46,296 nucleotides of DNA from Candidatus Adlerbacteria bacterium (lineage in GTDB: Bacteria; Patescibacteriota; Minisyncoccia; Phycocordibacterales; SBAW01), in assembly GCA_043784925.1 (NCBI GenBank), contig JAYVXU010000021.1, positions 1 to 46,296 on the forward strand. The letters are read 5' to 3'. Numbering within the stretch: position 1 is the first letter of the stretch; each line of letters starts with the position of its first letter. The notes beneath the pieces were generated by a model. The model had not been told where the DNA came from, did not search any database, and saw only the letters and a list, made by a program, of their open reading frames with translations. Both the position numbers and the translations under genes were made by a program. Below are positions 14,727 to 22,990 of this stretch, piece after piece.

Positions 14727-15371
14727 ATGAATGAGGTAGATGTACAAGCGAAAATAATTTGGGACTATATGCTTATGCATCATGAGCTAAAACAAGCTGA
14801 TGCTATTTTAGTATTTGGAAGTCACGATACTCGCTGCGCGGAAAGAGGTGCGCAGCTATTTCTTGAGGGCTGGGCACCACTTCTTGTATTCTCCGGTGGT
14901 TTCGGAAGTAAAATGCCAAGCGAAAATTGGGATAGAACCGAAGCCGAAGTTTTTGCAGAAGTGGCTATACAAAAAGGAGTCCCTCCTGACAGGATCTTGC
15001 TAGAAGATGCAGCAGAAAATAGCGAACAGAATGTTACTTTTACTCGAAAACTTTTGAAAGAAAAAGGATTGAATCTAAATACCTTTATCGTAGTCCATAA
15101 ACCATACATGGAGCGTCGAGCATACGCAACTTTCAAAAATTTTTGGCCGGAACCAGAAATTATTATGACTTCGCCAGAACTGTCCTTTGAGGAATATCCA
15201 ATAAAAAAGGAAGCTAAGGATAGACTTATTCATTTATTGGTCAGTGATTTACAACGCATCAAAGAATACCCGGCAAAAGGTTTTCAAATTCCTCAGGAAA
15301 TTCCAAGTGATGTGTGGAAAGCATATGAAAAACTTGTTCAACTAGGTTTTACCAGATACTTAATTAACTGA
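14727..15371 (+). CDS. DUF218 / YdcF (ElyC/SanA-like) family protein
   Basis: 214-aa ORF. AILVFGSHDTRCAERGAQLFLEGWAPLLVFSGG is typical of the DUF218 fold. Confidence 0.72.
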   Translation: MNEVDVQAKIIWDYMLMHHELKQADAILVFGSHDTRCAERGAQLFLEGWAPLLVFSGGFGSKMPSENWDRTEAEVFAEVAIQKGVPPDRILLEDAAENSEQNVTFTRKLLKEKGLNLNTFIVVHKPYMERRAYATFKNFWPEPEIIMTSPELSFEEYPIKKEAKDRLIHLLVSDLQRIKEYPAKGFQIPQEIPSDVWKAYEKLVQLGFTRYLIN

Positions 15372-15385
15372 TATTGTATTTAAGA

Positions 15386-15499
15386 AGGTCCCTCCCTAAA
15401 GGACGCAGGTCGGATTTCAAAGGATGAATCCGACATGATCCAGCGGGATCACATAATTTCGACAAGGTCCCGTTTCAAAGGACGTAAACGGGACACGAT
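15386..15499 (+). repeat. Three related hairpin units with a conserved (T/C)AAAGGA(C/T)G loop, immediately upstream of murC
   Basis: Unit 1 is GTCC-ctccctaaa-GGAC (15388-15404). Unit 2 is GTCGGATT-tcaaaggatg-AATCCGAC (15408-15433). Unit 3 is GTCCCGTTT-caaaggacgt-AAACGGGAC (15467-15494). The stems differ but stay complementary and the loops are conserved. An ATTTCGAC motif follows units 2 and 3. Confidence 0.6.
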
Positions 15500-15513
15500 T
15501 TCGACTAAATCGC

Positions 15514-16833
15514 ATGAAAGGAAAAAAGATTTACATAGTGGGGATAGGAGGGATAGGGTTGTCTGCTTTGGCCCAGCTTTTTTTGCATGAGGGCGCTTCG
15601 GTTTCGGGGTCGGACAGGAGCGAATCCCCAACAACCGCAATGCTTCGTGCTGCTGGAGTCACTGTACACATAGGACACAATGCTACTCAGGTGCCCGAAG
15701 AGGCTTCTATGATTGTCTACACCGACGCTATTATTGAAGGGTCTGAAGGTTACGCCGAGCGTGTTCAAGGTCGCGAACTGGGTATCCCAGAGCTCAGTTA
15801 TTTTGAGGCGCTAGGTGCGTTTGCAAGTGGCAAAGCTCCTTTTAATTTTCAAAATGAAACTCCTAAAAAAGTTATTGCTATTTCGGGCACTAATGGCAAA
15901 ACCACAACCACTGCAATGCTCGCTAAAATTTTGATTGATGCAGGCGAAGACCCAACGGTTGTTGTGGGGAGTATTGCAGCCGACATGAAGAGTAATTTTC
16001 GAGCAGGAAAAAGCAATTTATTTGTTGTTGAAGCTTGCGAATATAAGCGCCACTTCCTTACCTTTAATCCGCATCTTCTTGTTATAACCAACATTGAGCT
16101 TGACCACACCGATTATTTTAAAGATGAAGAGGATTTTATACGTGCATTTAAAGAAGTGGTTGCCAATGTCGATGATGGGGGAGATATAGTAACTAACCCC
16201 CACAGTATAAACGTTGCAAAAGCCATTGCTGATACGTCCAAAAATATTGTCGACTATACAAAAGAAGATGTGCCCGAACTTTTGCAGCCGGGAGAATTTA
16301 ATCGCGAAAATGCACGGGCTGCAAAAGCAGCAGTACACGCACTAGCTCCACATATCAAAGACTCTGTTATAGATGAATCACTCAAAACTTTTCGTGGCAC
16401 TTGGCGCCGGTTTGAATATAAAGGCATCTTGCCACATGGGGCTATGCTCTATGACGATTATGCACACCATCCGTCAGCAATTGAAAAAACGCTTATTACC
16501 GCTCGAGAAAAATTTCCGAACAAGAAAATTGCAGTCTTTTTCCACCCCCACTTGTACTCTCGCACCCGGGACTTATTTGACGAGTTTGCACGAACTTTAG
16601 CGCTTGCAGACGAAGCATATGTTCTTCCCGTGTTTGCAGCGCGTGAGGCATTTGACATGAGTGTTTCAAACGAAGCTCTGGCAAATGAAATAAATAAAAA
16701 GCGTGGCAAGGCACAAGCGATTGAAGGGATGGTTGCCACAACTCAAAAACTTAGAACTTTAGACGCTGGAGTAATCGCATTTACTATGGGGGCGGGGGAC
16801 GTATATAAAGCAGGGGAAGAGGCTCTAAAATAA
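15514..16833 (+). CDS. murC: UDP-N-acetylmuramate--L-alanine ligase
   Basis: 439-aa ORF with the N-terminus KIYIVGIGGIGLSALAQLFLHEGASVSGSD, the P-loop ISGTNGKTTTTAM and the YDDYAHHPSAI motif. Confidence 0.9.
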   Translation: MKGKKIYIVGIGGIGLSALAQLFLHEGASVSGSDRSESPTTAMLRAAGVTVHIGHNATQVPEEASMIVYTDAIIEGSEGYAERVQGRELGIPELSYFEALGAFASGKAPFNFQNETPKKVIAISGTNGKTTTTAMLAKILIDAGEDPTVVVGSIAADMKSNFRAGKSNLFVVEACEYKRHFLTFNPHLLVITNIELDHTDYFKDEEDFIRAFKEVVANVDDGGDIVTNPHSINVAKAIADTSKNIVDYTKEDVPELLQPGEFNRENARAAKAAVHALAPHIKDSVIDESLKTFRGTWRRFEYKGILPHGAMLYDDYAHHPSAIEKTLITAREKFPNKKIAVFFHPHLYSRTRDLFDEFARTLALADEAYVLPVFAAREAFDMSVSNEALANEINKKRGKAQAIEGMVATTQKLRTLDAGVIAFTMGAGDVYKAGEEALK

Positions 16834-16861
16834 AAATCCGCCTAGGTGTACCCAGACGGAA

Positions 16862-17764
16862 TTAATTTCGCGTTGCTAAAACTAAATAGCGACGGCTTCT
16901 GTTTTTTTCTTCTAGGGCACGTGTTGTTGGGAATGAGAAATCGTTGTTGGGTAAAATGCTGTGATCTAAATGAACTTGATTCCAAGGTACTCCGCGGGCG
17001 ATACATTGCTTGGCAATTATAGTGGGTAGGTTGAGGTGTAGCTTTTTGTTTTCTACAGCCGCACACGCATACTGCGGGGTATCCTTAAGAGCAAAATAGG
17101 GTTTGTTGCGTAGTTCCTCCCATAGTTTTTCATTCGATGCTCTATAGAGTGAGTGAAGCATAGGATGGAAATACCGCTCCGAATCAATGGAATAAAAAAT
17201 CCATACTTGAACCTCGCGTGCTGTGGCGGTTGATAATGCTTTGAGCTCCGCCAGTATTGAGTCAATCACAGTAGGATATCTCCGCGCCGCTCCTCCCAGC
17301 AGTGCTCTGTGGTCAAAAAGACTTTTTTCTCCCGCATGTGCAACAATTACTGTATTTCCCCGACTCATAACGACTATGGGGCAACCACCAGGGCTTATAA
17401 CCACACAATGACCTCGGGTTGATAAAGAAGTACCCTCAGCCGGCATGAATGGGTTATAGCGTACTTCAACAGTACCTACTTGAAGAGTCTGTATAAACTG
17501 AGAAGGAAATAGGATCCGAGCATTGTTTTGCCAAGTTCCGGGTAAAAATGCACAGGTTACTTCCTGTTCGATTAATACAAGCCCCAGCTTCTTTTTAAAC
17601 TCTTCCCCAGGTTTAGAGATTTGGTCCAGAGACCAGTTTGGCACATCCTCGCTGCAGGGGATAAGTGAGAAAGTGAATGACACATCTCTGGTGCCACACA
17701 CATGAGTTTTTTTCCACGAAACTAACGGGACCACCGTGTTCATACGATTCTCCTGAAAGAACAA
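16862..17764 (-). CDS. Hypothetical protein; weak resemblance to the YfiH/PgeF (DUF152) peptidoglycan-editing/laccase-fold family
   Basis: 300-aa ORF. GGCPIVVMSRGNTVIVAHAGEKSL resembles the DUF152 core (aDCxPvll....xxvAaiHAGWRG). LHLNLPTIIAKQCIARGVP resembles the C-terminal DLxxxxxxQLxxxGV. This is judged by eye only. Confidence 0.4.
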   Translation of the reverse strand: MFFQENRMNTVVPLVSWKKTHVCGTRDVSFTFSLIPCSEDVPNWSLDQISKPGEEFKKKLGLVLIEQEVTCAFLPGTWQNNARILFPSQFIQTLQVGTVEVRYNPFMPAEGTSLSTRGHCVVISPGGCPIVVMSRGNTVIVAHAGEKSLFDHRALLGGAARRYPTVIDSILAELKALSTATAREVQVWIFYSIDSERYFHPMLHSLYRASNEKLWEELRNKPYFALKDTPQYACAAVENKKLHLNLPTIIAKQCIARGVPWNQVHLDHSILPNNDFSFPTTRALEEKNRSRRYLVLATRN

Positions 17765-17819
17765 TTACTCCCATTGTGTACTATTTTTCAAAGTATGTAA
17801 AGTGTGGTACAATATGTGT

Positions 17820-18533
17820 ATGGAACTGTCAGCGGAAGGAAATCAGGGTACTTTATCTGTCGTTGCAACCCCTATTGGTAATCTTGAAGATATAACACTG
17901 CGTGCACTCAGGATTCTCAAAGAGGCAGATATTATTGCCTGCGAAGATACTCGTACGTCGAAAAAACTGCTAATCCATTTTGATATACATACGCCGCTTA
18001 CCTCATTTCATGCCCACAGTGGTGAAAAAGGTTTTGCAAAAATTTTATCTTTCCTCCAGGAAGGGAAAAAAGTTGCGCTCATTTGTGACGCCGGCACTCC
18101 CGGAATCTCTGACCCGGGGCTTGAGTTGGTCTCCATTGTCCGCGAGAGCTTACCGCAAGTTAAAATTGAAACTATTCCAGGAGCTTCTGCGCTTGCGGCA
18201 GCATTGGCTATTGCGGGATTACGTGCCCAAACATTTATTTTTTATGGATTTCTACCTCTTAAAAAAGGTCGCGAAACTCTTTTTAAAACAATTGCTGAAC
18301 ATGAACAGGCAAGTATTTTTTACGAGTCACCTCACCGTATACTCAAAGCGCTTACAAGTTTGCAAAAATTTTTGTCACCTGACAGGCGAGTTGGAGTCTT
18401 TCGAGAATTGACCAAAATGTATGAAGACGCACAGGTTGGTACCGCTCATGAGCTCCTCGGTATCTTTACAGCCGATTCTCAAAAGCAACGAGGAGAGTTT
18501 GTGGTCATTGTTGAGGCGCAGGGTAGAGGGTGA
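17820..18533 (+). CDS. rsmI: 16S rRNA (cytidine1402-2'-O)-methyltransferase
   Basis: GTLSVVATPIGNLEDITLRALRILKEADIIACEDTRTSKKLL and AGTPGISDPG are typical RsmI motifs. The start is uncertain (GTG 17802, ATG 17814 or ATG 17820). ATG 17820 was chosen because TACAAT at 17808-17813 looks like a -10 box. Confidence 0.88.
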   Translation: MELSAEGNQGTLSVVATPIGNLEDITLRALRILKEADIIACEDTRTSKKLLIHFDIHTPLTSFHAHSGEKGFAKILSFLQEGKKVALICDAGTPGISDPGLELVSIVRESLPQVKIETIPGASALAAALAIAGLRAQTFIFYGFLPLKKGRETLFKTIAEHEQASIFYESPHRILKALTSLQKFLSPDRRVGVFRELTKMYEDAQVGTAHELLGIFTADSQKQRGEFVVIVEAQGRG

Positions 18534-18545
18534 TACTATAGACTC

Positions 18546-18770
18546 ATGTCAAAAGAGATGAGTCTTATTTTATTGGGGATAGGTATAGCAGTTTTGCCGC
18601 ATCTTGGATTTCCGAGTGATATGAAAGGAGTGCTACTGGCTGTTTTTGGAATTACTGTCGCTAGTATTGGTTTTTTGCTTCGGGGCGAAACCCTGTCTCG
18701 AGGACATGATGAGTCAGAAAGTAGGCCCCAAGTACCGCGTATTCCCTTGTCTGAATTTTCAGACCAATAA
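18546..18770 (+). CDS. Small two-TM membrane protein
   Basis: 74-aa ORF with two hydrophobic spans (LILLGIGIAVLPHLGF; VLLAVFGITVASIGFLL) and an acidic tail. It sits directly upstream of the P-loop ATPase. Confidence 0.5.
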   Translation: MSKEMSLILLGIGIAVLPHLGFPSDMKGVLLAVFGITVASIGFLLRGETLSRGHDESESRPQVPRIPLSEFSDQ

Positions 18771-18811
18771 TTCATATTTCTTCTTTGCACCGAATGATAT
18801 AATTAAATCCA

Positions 18812-20926
18812 ATGCTAGAAGATATAAACAAAATAACCTATTTTGCCAAAACCAACTCTCGGGGCAAAGAAACACCTTTTGGTATTAAACGTCGCGACCG
18901 TCGTCGACACATGTATGTGATAGGGAAAACGGGCATGGGTAAGTCTACGTTGCTTGAAAACTTAGCTATACAAGATATCCGCAATGGCGAAGGAATGGCG
19001 TTTATAGATCCCCACGGTGGTACAGCGGATCGTATCATGGAATATATTCCTGAACATAGGATAAAGGATGTAATCTATATTGCGCCTTTTGATATGGAGC
19101 ATCCTGTAGCTTTTAATGTTATGGAAGATGTTGGATATGATAAGCGCCATTTGGTCGTGTCAGGGCTTATGTCTGCGTTTAAAAAACTCTGGGTAGACGC
19201 TTGGAGCGCTCGTATGGAATACATCCTCTCCAACACCCTTCTGGCGCTTCTTGAGTATGAAGGCTCAACGCTTCTGGATGTAAACACCATGTACACCAAT
19301 AAGGCGTTCCGAAAGAAGGTAGTAGATAACGTCAAAGACATGGTTGTTAAAAGATTCTGGACAGAAGAATTTGCCAATTTTACCGACCGGTTTGCAGCAG
19401 AAGCTACCCCTGCTATTCAAAATAAGGTGGGGCAATTTACGAGTAACCCTCTTATCCGAAATATTATTGGGCAACCAAAGTCGAGCTTTGATATCCGCCA
19501 GGCAATGGACGAAAAGAAAATTCTTATTATTAACTTGTCCAAAGGGCGGGTCGGGGAGGTTAATGCAGCACTTTTGGGCTCGATGCTCGTGACTAAAATC
19601 TATTTAGCGGCAATGTCACGGGCTGACGTACCGGCAGCAGTACTTAATGGGTTACCAGACTTCTATTTTTATGTGGACGAATTTCAAAACTTTGCAAACG
19701 AGAGTTTTGCAGATATTTTGTCTGAAGCTCGCAAATACAAACTCAATCTTTTAATTGCACATCAGTATGTCGAGCAAATGGAGGAAGAAGTAAGAAATGC
19801 AGTGTTTGGTAACGTCGGCACTACGGTCGCTTTTCGAGTTGGCCCCTTTGATGCAGAGGTTCTTGAAACCATATTTACTCCCCAATTTACCGCAACTGAC
19901 CTTGTCAATTTAGGTATGGCTCAGGTATATCTGACCCTTATGATAGATGGCGTCGGGTCGCCCCCCTTTAGTGCTACCACTTTGCCACCGTTTGACCCCT
20001 CTCCACACAACTACACAGACCGGGTGATAGCGAGTTCGCGTCAAACATATGCCAAACCTCGAGCAGAGGTTGAGGCGTTTATTAAAACATGGAGCGAAGG
20101 GGACGCACCCGCACCCGCTGCGCCCAAAACTACACCCTATGTTCCTCGAAGTTCTGCTCCCTCCTCATCTCCATCTCACTCTCAATCTAGTGCTCTACCT
20201 CGTCCCGAACATGCGCGACCCCATGAAGAGCCGCAACGTTCGGTGGCGCCTGAGCGCCGCGAATCTCGGCCATATGTGCCTCCGACAAGACCAGCCCCTC
20301 CACATGAAGCTGTTCAAGAGCAGCCGAGTCAGGAGTTGGGTCGCCATACACCTTCTACTCCAGCACCTGTCACATCTCGCGAAATGGTACCCAAGCCTCC
20401 TTCTACTCCAGCGCCACGTCCATCATATACACCTTCTACCCGCCCTCCTGAGGCACGGCCACCGAGACCCGAACTACGGCGAGAAGAACCTAAGCCTCCG
20501 CTTGAGGGTGCAACAAATCTGCGAGATGCCCTACGTATGGTGGGTGCAAACAAACCCCCGGCAGCGCAACCTGCCCCGATTCCCACGCCACAACCATCAC
20601 CTCGCGCTGTGCCTCCTGAGCCGCCTAAAACTCATCACCCACAACCTGACCTCAGAGATACGTTGAGCAAAATTGTTTCAAGTGTTGAGGTGAACCCCAA
20701 TCCTCCAGAACCAAAGCCAACACTACAAGCTCCTTCCAAACCTATACAACAAACTCCTCCTGCCTCAATTCCCAAGATTCCACCAGTGGTTGAATTGCCA
20801 CCTGTCGCGACAGAACAAAAAGCAAATGTACATGAACCAGCGCCGTCCAGTGCTGTAGGCTTGCCAGAGGATGTTCTGAAAGCTATGCTAGCCGTCGATG
20901 GATTCGACTCTGAAAACCCCCACTAG
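18812..20926 (+). CDS. P-loop NTPase of the VirD4/TraD (type IV coupling protein) / HerA-DUF87-like class, with a C-terminal proline-rich disordered tail of about 280 aa
   Basis: 704-aa ORF. Walker A is YVIGKTGMGKSTLLENL, followed by the IDPHGG motif, and Walker B is FYFYVDEFQNF. It has no N-terminal TM. From about nt 20084 onward the sequence is P/S/T/A/R-rich low complexity. Confidence 0.68.
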   Translation: MLEDINKITYFAKTNSRGKETPFGIKRRDRRRHMYVIGKTGMGKSTLLENLAIQDIRNGEGMAFIDPHGGTADRIMEYIPEHRIKDVIYIAPFDMEHPVAFNVMEDVGYDKRHLVVSGLMSAFKKLWVDAWSARMEYILSNTLLALLEYEGSTLLDVNTMYTNKAFRKKVVDNVKDMVVKRFWTEEFANFTDRFAAEATPAIQNKVGQFTSNPLIRNIIGQPKSSFDIRQAMDEKKILIINLSKGRVGEVNAALLGSMLVTKIYLAAMSRADVPAAVLNGLPDFYFYVDEFQNFANESFADILSEARKYKLNLLIAHQYVEQMEEEVRNAVFGNVGTTVAFRVGPFDAEVLETIFTPQFTATDLVNLGMAQVYLTLMIDGVGSPPFSATTLPPFDPSPHNYTDRVIASSRQTYAKPRAEVEAFIKTWSEGDAPAPAAPKTTPYVPRSSAPSSSPSHSQSSALPRPEHARPHEEPQRSVAPERRESRPYVPPTRPAPPHEAVQEQPSQELGRHTPSTPAPVTSREMVPKPPSTPAPRPSYTPSTRPPEARPPRPELRREEPKPPLEGATNLRDALRMVGANKPPAAQPAPIPTPQPSPRAVPPEPPKTHHPQPDLRDTLSKIVSSVEVNPNPPEPKPTLQAPSKPIQQTPPASIPKIPPVVELPPVATEQKANVHEPAPSSAVGLPEDVLKAMLAVDGFDSENPH

Positions 20927-21758
20927 CCTACTCTTCGTTGTTGGAGCTGTACTTCTGCTGTATACACACACGGCTCCAGTGTACGCACAATCGGGCGTGC
21001 ACATAACTGAGGTCATGTACGATGCGCCAGGAAATGACAGTGGTCTCGAATGGATAGAGCTGACAGGAGAAGGAGAGCAAAGTGTAGATATAGGAAAATA
21101 TAAAATCTTTGAATCAAAGAAAAAACACCCTCTTGTTGTAGTAAAAGGAGGAGTACAGCTTAATCCAGGAGACAGCGTTATTGTTGCACTAAATCCTGAG
21201 AAGTTTATGCGCGAGTACCCAACCTATAAGGGAACTATTTTCAAATCTTCTTTTTCGCTCTCAAATTCTGGGGAAACTATTTCACTTCTCGACGCTTCGA
21301 GTACTCCAATTGAAACTACTTATTACAGTACTTCCATGGGGGCTAAAGGGGATGGTAACTCTCTTCATGACTCCCCAGAGGGTTTAATGTCAGGACCTCC
21401 AGACCCAGGTGTATATTCAAAAATGACAATAGTCTCTGCTAACCCTTCAAAAATATTAGTAGGGAAGAAAGATGCACTTGTAGTAGCGCAAGTTCCTACT
21501 CTAATAAAACAAAAGCTGAGTAGTGGAGTTTCGTCATCATCTGCAGTGTCGAACCAGATACCTGCGAGTGATGTTGCGACTATGGCCCCAGCTATTCCCA
21601 GAGCCTCCAAATCATTTTCATATTTGTGGGCGCTTCTGGGGCTCGTTGGATGTTCAATTTTAGGGGTGAGTTGTGTGTGGTACGCTAAAACTACATCAGA
21701 TATTCTAGCACCACATCCCGAAACTACTTTTGATCCTGATGAGTTCCATATAGTATGA
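20898..21758 (+). CDS. Secreted lamin-tail-domain (LTD) protein with a C-terminal TM anchor
   Basis: 286-aa ORF with a signal peptide (LLFVVGAVLLLYTHTAPVYAQ). It has the LTD signature ITEVMYDAPGNDSGLEWIELTG...FSLSNSGETISLLD and a C-terminal TM (YLWALLGLVGCSILGVSCVWY). It overlaps the upstream ATPase gene by 29 nt. Confidence 0.75.
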   Translation: MDSTLKTPTSLLFVVGAVLLLYTHTAPVYAQSGVHITEVMYDAPGNDSGLEWIELTGEGEQSVDIGKYKIFESKKKHPLVVVKGGVQLNPGDSVIVALNPEKFMREYPTYKGTIFKSSFSLSNSGETISLLDASSTPIETTYYSTSMGAKGDGNSLHDSPEGLMSGPPDPGVYSKMTIVSANPSKILVGKKDALVVAQVPTLIKQKLSSGVSSSSAVSNQIPASDVATMAPAIPRASKSFSYLWALLGLVGCSILGVSCVWYAKTTSDILAPHPETTFDPDEFHIV

Positions 21759-22933
21759 AAAAAATTCTCATATTTTCTCTTGCGTACTATCCTTATGTCA
21801 GTGGGGCGGAGATTGCAGTTAAGGAGATTACAGAAAGAATCTCTCCTAAGGAGATTGAATTTAGTATGGTGACTATGCGTTTTTCAAGTACAGATACAAC
21901 GCAAGAAAAAATTGGAAACGTACTGGTGTACAGAGTAGGGAATAACTCTTCATATATTTCAAAAATCCTATTTATTCCTCGGGCCGCATTTTTAGCCCGT
22001 AGACTACATACAGAAAAAAAGTTTGATGCATGGTGGGCGCTTATGTCGTATATGGTATGGCCAATCGTTTTGCTTCGGGCGGTCGGGTTTAAGTTGCCGT
22101 ATGTACTAACGCTCCAAGATGGTGATCCTTTTGAACATGTATTTGACCGCCCTATGATCAGACCTTTTAGACCTCTCCTTATGTCTGGGTTTAGGCATGT
22201 CAAGGTTGTGCAGGTGATTTCCCAGTACTTAGGTACTTGGGCCAGAAAAACAGGGTATACAGGGCCTATAGAAGTAATCCCTAATGGAGTTGAGGCCTCG
22301 CTTTTCGGAGAAAAAATAGAGGAGTCCAAAATTGAAAGTATCAAGGAACAAATTGGAAAGAAGAAAGGGGAAGTGTGGCTCGTACACACAGGTAGGTTAG
22401 TTAAAAAAAATAGCCTTGATACGGTTATAAAAGCATTACCACTTTTGCCTCCACACGTACACTTTGTTTTGATTGGTGATGGGGTAGAAAAAGAAGCACT
22501 CGAGGGCTTAGTTGATGAGTTGGATGTTGGGGATCGTGTGCATTTTATAGGGAATATTGAAAATAAAAAACTCCCTACATTTTTACAAGCCTGTGACATT
22601 TTTATTCGGCCCTCACTCACAGAAGGGTTAGGTACGTCGTTTATAGAAGCTATGGCGGCAGGGCTCCCAGTTATTGCAACCCAAGAAGGTGGGATTGCTG
22701 ACTTTTTGTTTGACTCTAAGAGAAACCCTAGTAAAAATCCTACCGGCTTCGCTGTTGATGTGAACTCTTCAAAACAAATTGCACAAGCAGTCGAGAGAAT
22801 CCTCCAAAACCCTGAACAAACAAAAAAAGTAATCCAAAATGCAAAAAACCTTATAAAAAAAAAATACGACTGGGACCTTATATCGAGGGATATGCAAGAA
22901 AAGAGCTTCTCTCGAGTGTTTAAAACTGATTAG
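21755..22933 (+). CDS. Glycosyltransferase family 4 (GT-B, 'group 1')
   Basis: 392-aa ORF with MKKILIFSLAYYPYVSGAE and the E-x7-E region PSLTEGLGTSFIEAMAAGLPVIAT. Confidence 0.85.
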   Translation: MKKILIFSLAYYPYVSGAEIAVKEITERISPKEIEFSMVTMRFSSTDTTQEKIGNVLVYRVGNNSSYISKILFIPRAAFLARRLHTEKKFDAWWALMSYMVWPIVLLRAVGFKLPYVLTLQDGDPFEHVFDRPMIRPFRPLLMSGFRHVKVVQVISQYLGTWARKTGYTGPIEVIPNGVEASLFGEKIEESKIESIKEQIGKKKGEVWLVHTGRLVKKNSLDTVIKALPLLPPHVHFVLIGDGVEKEALEGLVDELDVGDRVHFIGNIENKKLPTFLQACDIFIRPSLTEGLGTSFIEAMAAGLPVIATQEGGIADFLFDSKRNPSKNPTGFAVDVNSSKQIAQAVERILQNPEQTKKVIQNAKNLIKKKYDWDLISRDMQEKSFSRVFKTD

Positions 22934-22937
22934 AAAA

Positions 22938-22978
22938 CTAACAAAACTAACGTAGTCTGACTACGTTAGTTTTGTTAG
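22938..22978. repeat. 41-nt near-perfect palindrome (REP-like; may also terminate the upstream GT4 gene)
   Basis: CTAACAAAACTAACGTAGTC (22938-22957), then T, then GACTACGTTAGTTTTGTTAG (22959-22978). The arms are 20 bp and perfectly complementary. Confidence 0.85.
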
Positions 22979-22990
22979 AATGTTAATGCC

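Noticed and set aside
20049-20666. Alternative-frame ORFs: 205 aa on the plus strand, and 85 aa on the minus strand at 20329-20586, within the proline-rich tail region.
   Set aside because: CCN/GCN-rich low-complexity DNA keeps several frames open. The main frame is continuous with the ATPase domain and ends in a short non-repetitive C-terminal segment (GLPEDVLKAMLAVDGF...), so the alternatives are treated as artefacts.
18812-20926. Calling this region a conjugative type IV secretion system or ICE.
   Set aside because: Only the coupling-protein-like ATPase is present. The window has no relaxase, VirB4/VirB6/VirB8-10, pilin or oriT-like features.
21793-22620. Long (275 aa) antisense ORF inside the first GT4 gene.
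   Set aside because: The plus-strand frame has clear GT4 motifs along its full length. The antisense product is Ser/Thr/Pro-rich low complexity with no recognisable features.
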